A stretch of 32,000 nt of DNA from Candidatus Saccharimonadota bacterium (GTDB lineage: Archaea > Nanohalarchaeota > Nanosalinia > Nanosalinales > Nanosalinaceae). The translations under genes and the position numbers were made by a program. This document shows positions 30,377-32,000 of the stretch, piece by piece (position 1 is the first letter of the stretch; each line of letters starts with the position of its first letter). Location of the stretch: positions 540,001 through 572,000 of the forward strand of contig CP012986.1 of the NCBI GenBank assembly GCA_001761425.1, written 5' to 3'. The notes beneath the pieces were generated by a model. The model was not told the DNA's origin, ran no database searches, and saw only the letters and a program-made list of their open reading frames with translations.

Positions 30377-31591
30377 TTGGCAGAAGGAGAAGAAATAAAA
30401 CAACAGGTTGTAGGGAACGTACCTTTCGGTCAGATCAATTCTATACTTGAAGGCAAGCTTGAGAGAGACGGCGAGAGAAGAAAAGCTGTCGAAGAGGTCG
30501 AGGAAAACAGCAACCGGGTTATCACCGGGGGCGGGAAGCGTTTCCGCGTCGCACTTCCATATATCATGGCACAGGGCCTTGACCTTGATTACAGCGATGA
30601 AGAGCTGATTGAGGCCTTTATCCCGATAGAGATGGCTCACGGCCTTTCCCTGGTCATGGATGACATGATAGATGAGGATAAAAAGAGGAGAGGCATGAAG
30701 ACTCCGCATGAGCGGTTGAAAGATCAGGGCTATACGGATAAGCAGGCGGAATCGCTTGTTACCCTCGACGTAATGCAGATACTTTCAAGGGCGGAGAGAG
30801 CACCTCTTGAACTTGATTTCCTGTCCAGAGACCAGCAGGTGGAGATAACAGAAACTATAGGAGATGGGATAACCAGACTGACCCGTGGACAGGAGCTGGA
30901 CGTGGCAGGAGAAAACTCCATGGACGAAAAATTCCAGGAAAGACTCTCATACAGGGGAGACGAATTCAGCTACGAAATGTTTTACCGTGACGTCGTAGAA
31001 GGCAAGACATCACCGCTCTTCGAGGCAGGGCCGAGAATACTTGAGATAATGTCGGGAAAAGAACTGGAAAATCTTCACGACTACACCAGGAACCTGGCAA
31101 AGGCCTTCCAGATCAGAGACGACATCCTGGATATATCAGGTGGAGAGGAAAAAGTCAGTGTCACGGAAAGGCCTGAAGAAAAGGGTATAGGTAAGGATCG
31201 TTACTCTGATATCAGTGAGGGGACTATGACCCTGCCTATAAACTATGCGTTCCAGCTGATGGATGATGAGGACTGGGGCCAGATGGAGGCCTATGTAAAG
31301 GAGCTTGTGGATTCTGAGAACTATCTTGCTTCTGTAGATGACTTTTTCAAAGTCTACGGCGACAGGAGAGAGTTCCTTGAGTCCGTTATGAAGAAGGATA
31401 GTCCTGAAACATACGAGCTTCAGATCGCAGGTAAAATCATAGAGACTACCGGGGCTCTGGAGAAGGCGAACCAGGAGGCCTTGGATTATGCGGAAAATGC
31501 GGTCGAGAACCTTGAGGAATCCGGCCTTGACGGCGAGTACGGAGAACTTCTTGAGGATATGGCTTACTTCGCAGCTACAAGATCAAAATAA
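30377..31591 (+). CDS. polyprenyl (geranylgeranyl-type) diphosphate synthase family protein, unusually long; start uncertain
   Basis: First Asp-rich motif LVMDDMIDEDKKRRG and second Asp-rich motif FQIRDDILD. The track ORF starts at 30308 inside gatA. The TTG at 30377 is the first non-overlapping start and the ATG at 30344 is an alternative. Confidence 0.75.
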   Translation: MAEGEEIKQQVVGNVPFGQINSILEGKLERDGERRKAVEEVEENSNRVITGGGKRFRVALPYIMAQGLDLDYSDEELIEAFIPIEMAHGLSLVMDDMIDEDKKRRGMKTPHERLKDQGYTDKQAESLVTLDVMQILSRAERAPLELDFLSRDQQVEITETIGDGITRLTRGQELDVAGENSMDEKFQERLSYRGDEFSYEMFYRDVVEGKTSPLFEAGPRILEIMSGKELENLHDYTRNLAKAFQIRDDILDISGGEEKVSVTERPEEKGIGKDRYSDISEGTMTLPINYAFQLMDDEDWGQMEAYVKELVDSENYLASVDDFFKVYGDRREFLESVMKKDSPETYELQIAGKIIETTGALEKANQEALDYAENAVENLEESGLDGEYGELLEDMAYFAATRSK

Positions 31592-31617
31592 AAAGAATGA
31601 CTTAACCAAAAGATACT

Positions 31618-32000
31618 ATGACAAACGTAAAAATAGGCCTTGAGACACACGTACAACTTGATACAGAGACAAAACTTTTCTGCGGATGTCCAAATGAGGA
31701 AACAGAGGAACCGAACACGCATGTATGTGAGACCTGTCTGGGACACCCTGGTTCAAAGCCGAGGCTGAACAGGAAAGTCCTTGAATACGCAGTAAAGACC
31801 TCTCAGGCCTTACAGTGTGATATCAACGAAGATATTTTTTTCTCAAGGAAAACGTACTTTTATCCTGACATGTCCAAGAATTTCCAGATAACACAGTACG
31901 AGGTTCCGGTCGGAGAGGACGGAAGTATCGAGGTCAAGACCGGTGACGAGAAAAGAGAAATCGGTATCAACCGTCTACATATCGAGGAGGATCCGGCGAA
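31618..32000 (+). CDS. gatB: Asp/Glu-tRNA amidotransferase subunit B (partial; continues beyond window end)
   Basis: Own translation from the ATG at 31618 gives MTNVKIGLETHVQLDTETKLFCGCPNEE...HVCETCLGHPGSKPRLNRKVLEYAV...FSRKTYFYPDMSKNFQITQYE, the canonical GatB N-terminus. The frame is open to the window end, so it is not in the ORF track. Confidence 0.88.
   Translation, partial: MTNVKIGLETHVQLDTETKLFCGCPNEETEEPNTHVCETCLGHPGSKPRLNRKVLEYAVKTSQALQCDINEDIFFSRKTYFYPDMSKNFQITQYEVPVGEDGSIEVKTGDEKREIGINRLHIEEDPA

Overview
This is an archaeal chromosomal segment with about 27 protein genes and high coding density. I recognised no rRNA, tRNA, CRISPR array or transposase.

Housekeeping backbone:
- aRF1, partial. 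It runs off the left edge and is therefore missing from the ORF track.
- ValRS, MetRS, ribosomal protein S17e, the AlaX editing protein, ABCE1, a Zn-ribbon/KH protein and FtsZ.
- gatC, gatA and gatB (gatB partial at the right edge), interleaved with a phosphoesterase and a polyprenyl synthase.

All proteins are very acidic at moderate-to-low GC. That fits a salt-in halophile with a streamlined genome. Nanohaloarchaeota/DPANN-like is my guess and cannot be verified here.

Accessory content:
- Six small acidic ORFan genes at 7.4-10.0 kb.
- Two large cell-surface proteins at 13.1-17.8 kb.
- A translationally coupled pair of paralogous genes with an Hjc-like PD-(D/E)xK motif order, bracketed by three Nudix domains, at 19.0-22.0 kb.

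Strongest sequence-level signals:
1. The palindrome AGGCCT occurs about 135 times by hand count, roughly one per 240 bp. That is about 20-fold above composition expectation. It occurs in all codon phases and in intergenic DNA.
2. A 2.7 kb stretch spanning the junction of the two surface-protein genes is almost free of that motif.
3. The ABCE1 homologue has an N-terminal Fe-S domain that keeps its scaffold but contains no cysteine.
4. The two long non-coding regions flanking ftsZ carry patterned hairpins. One has G6-G10 tracts in its loops and the other has GCCCAA(A) loops.

All functional calls come from motif reading by eye. No searches were run.
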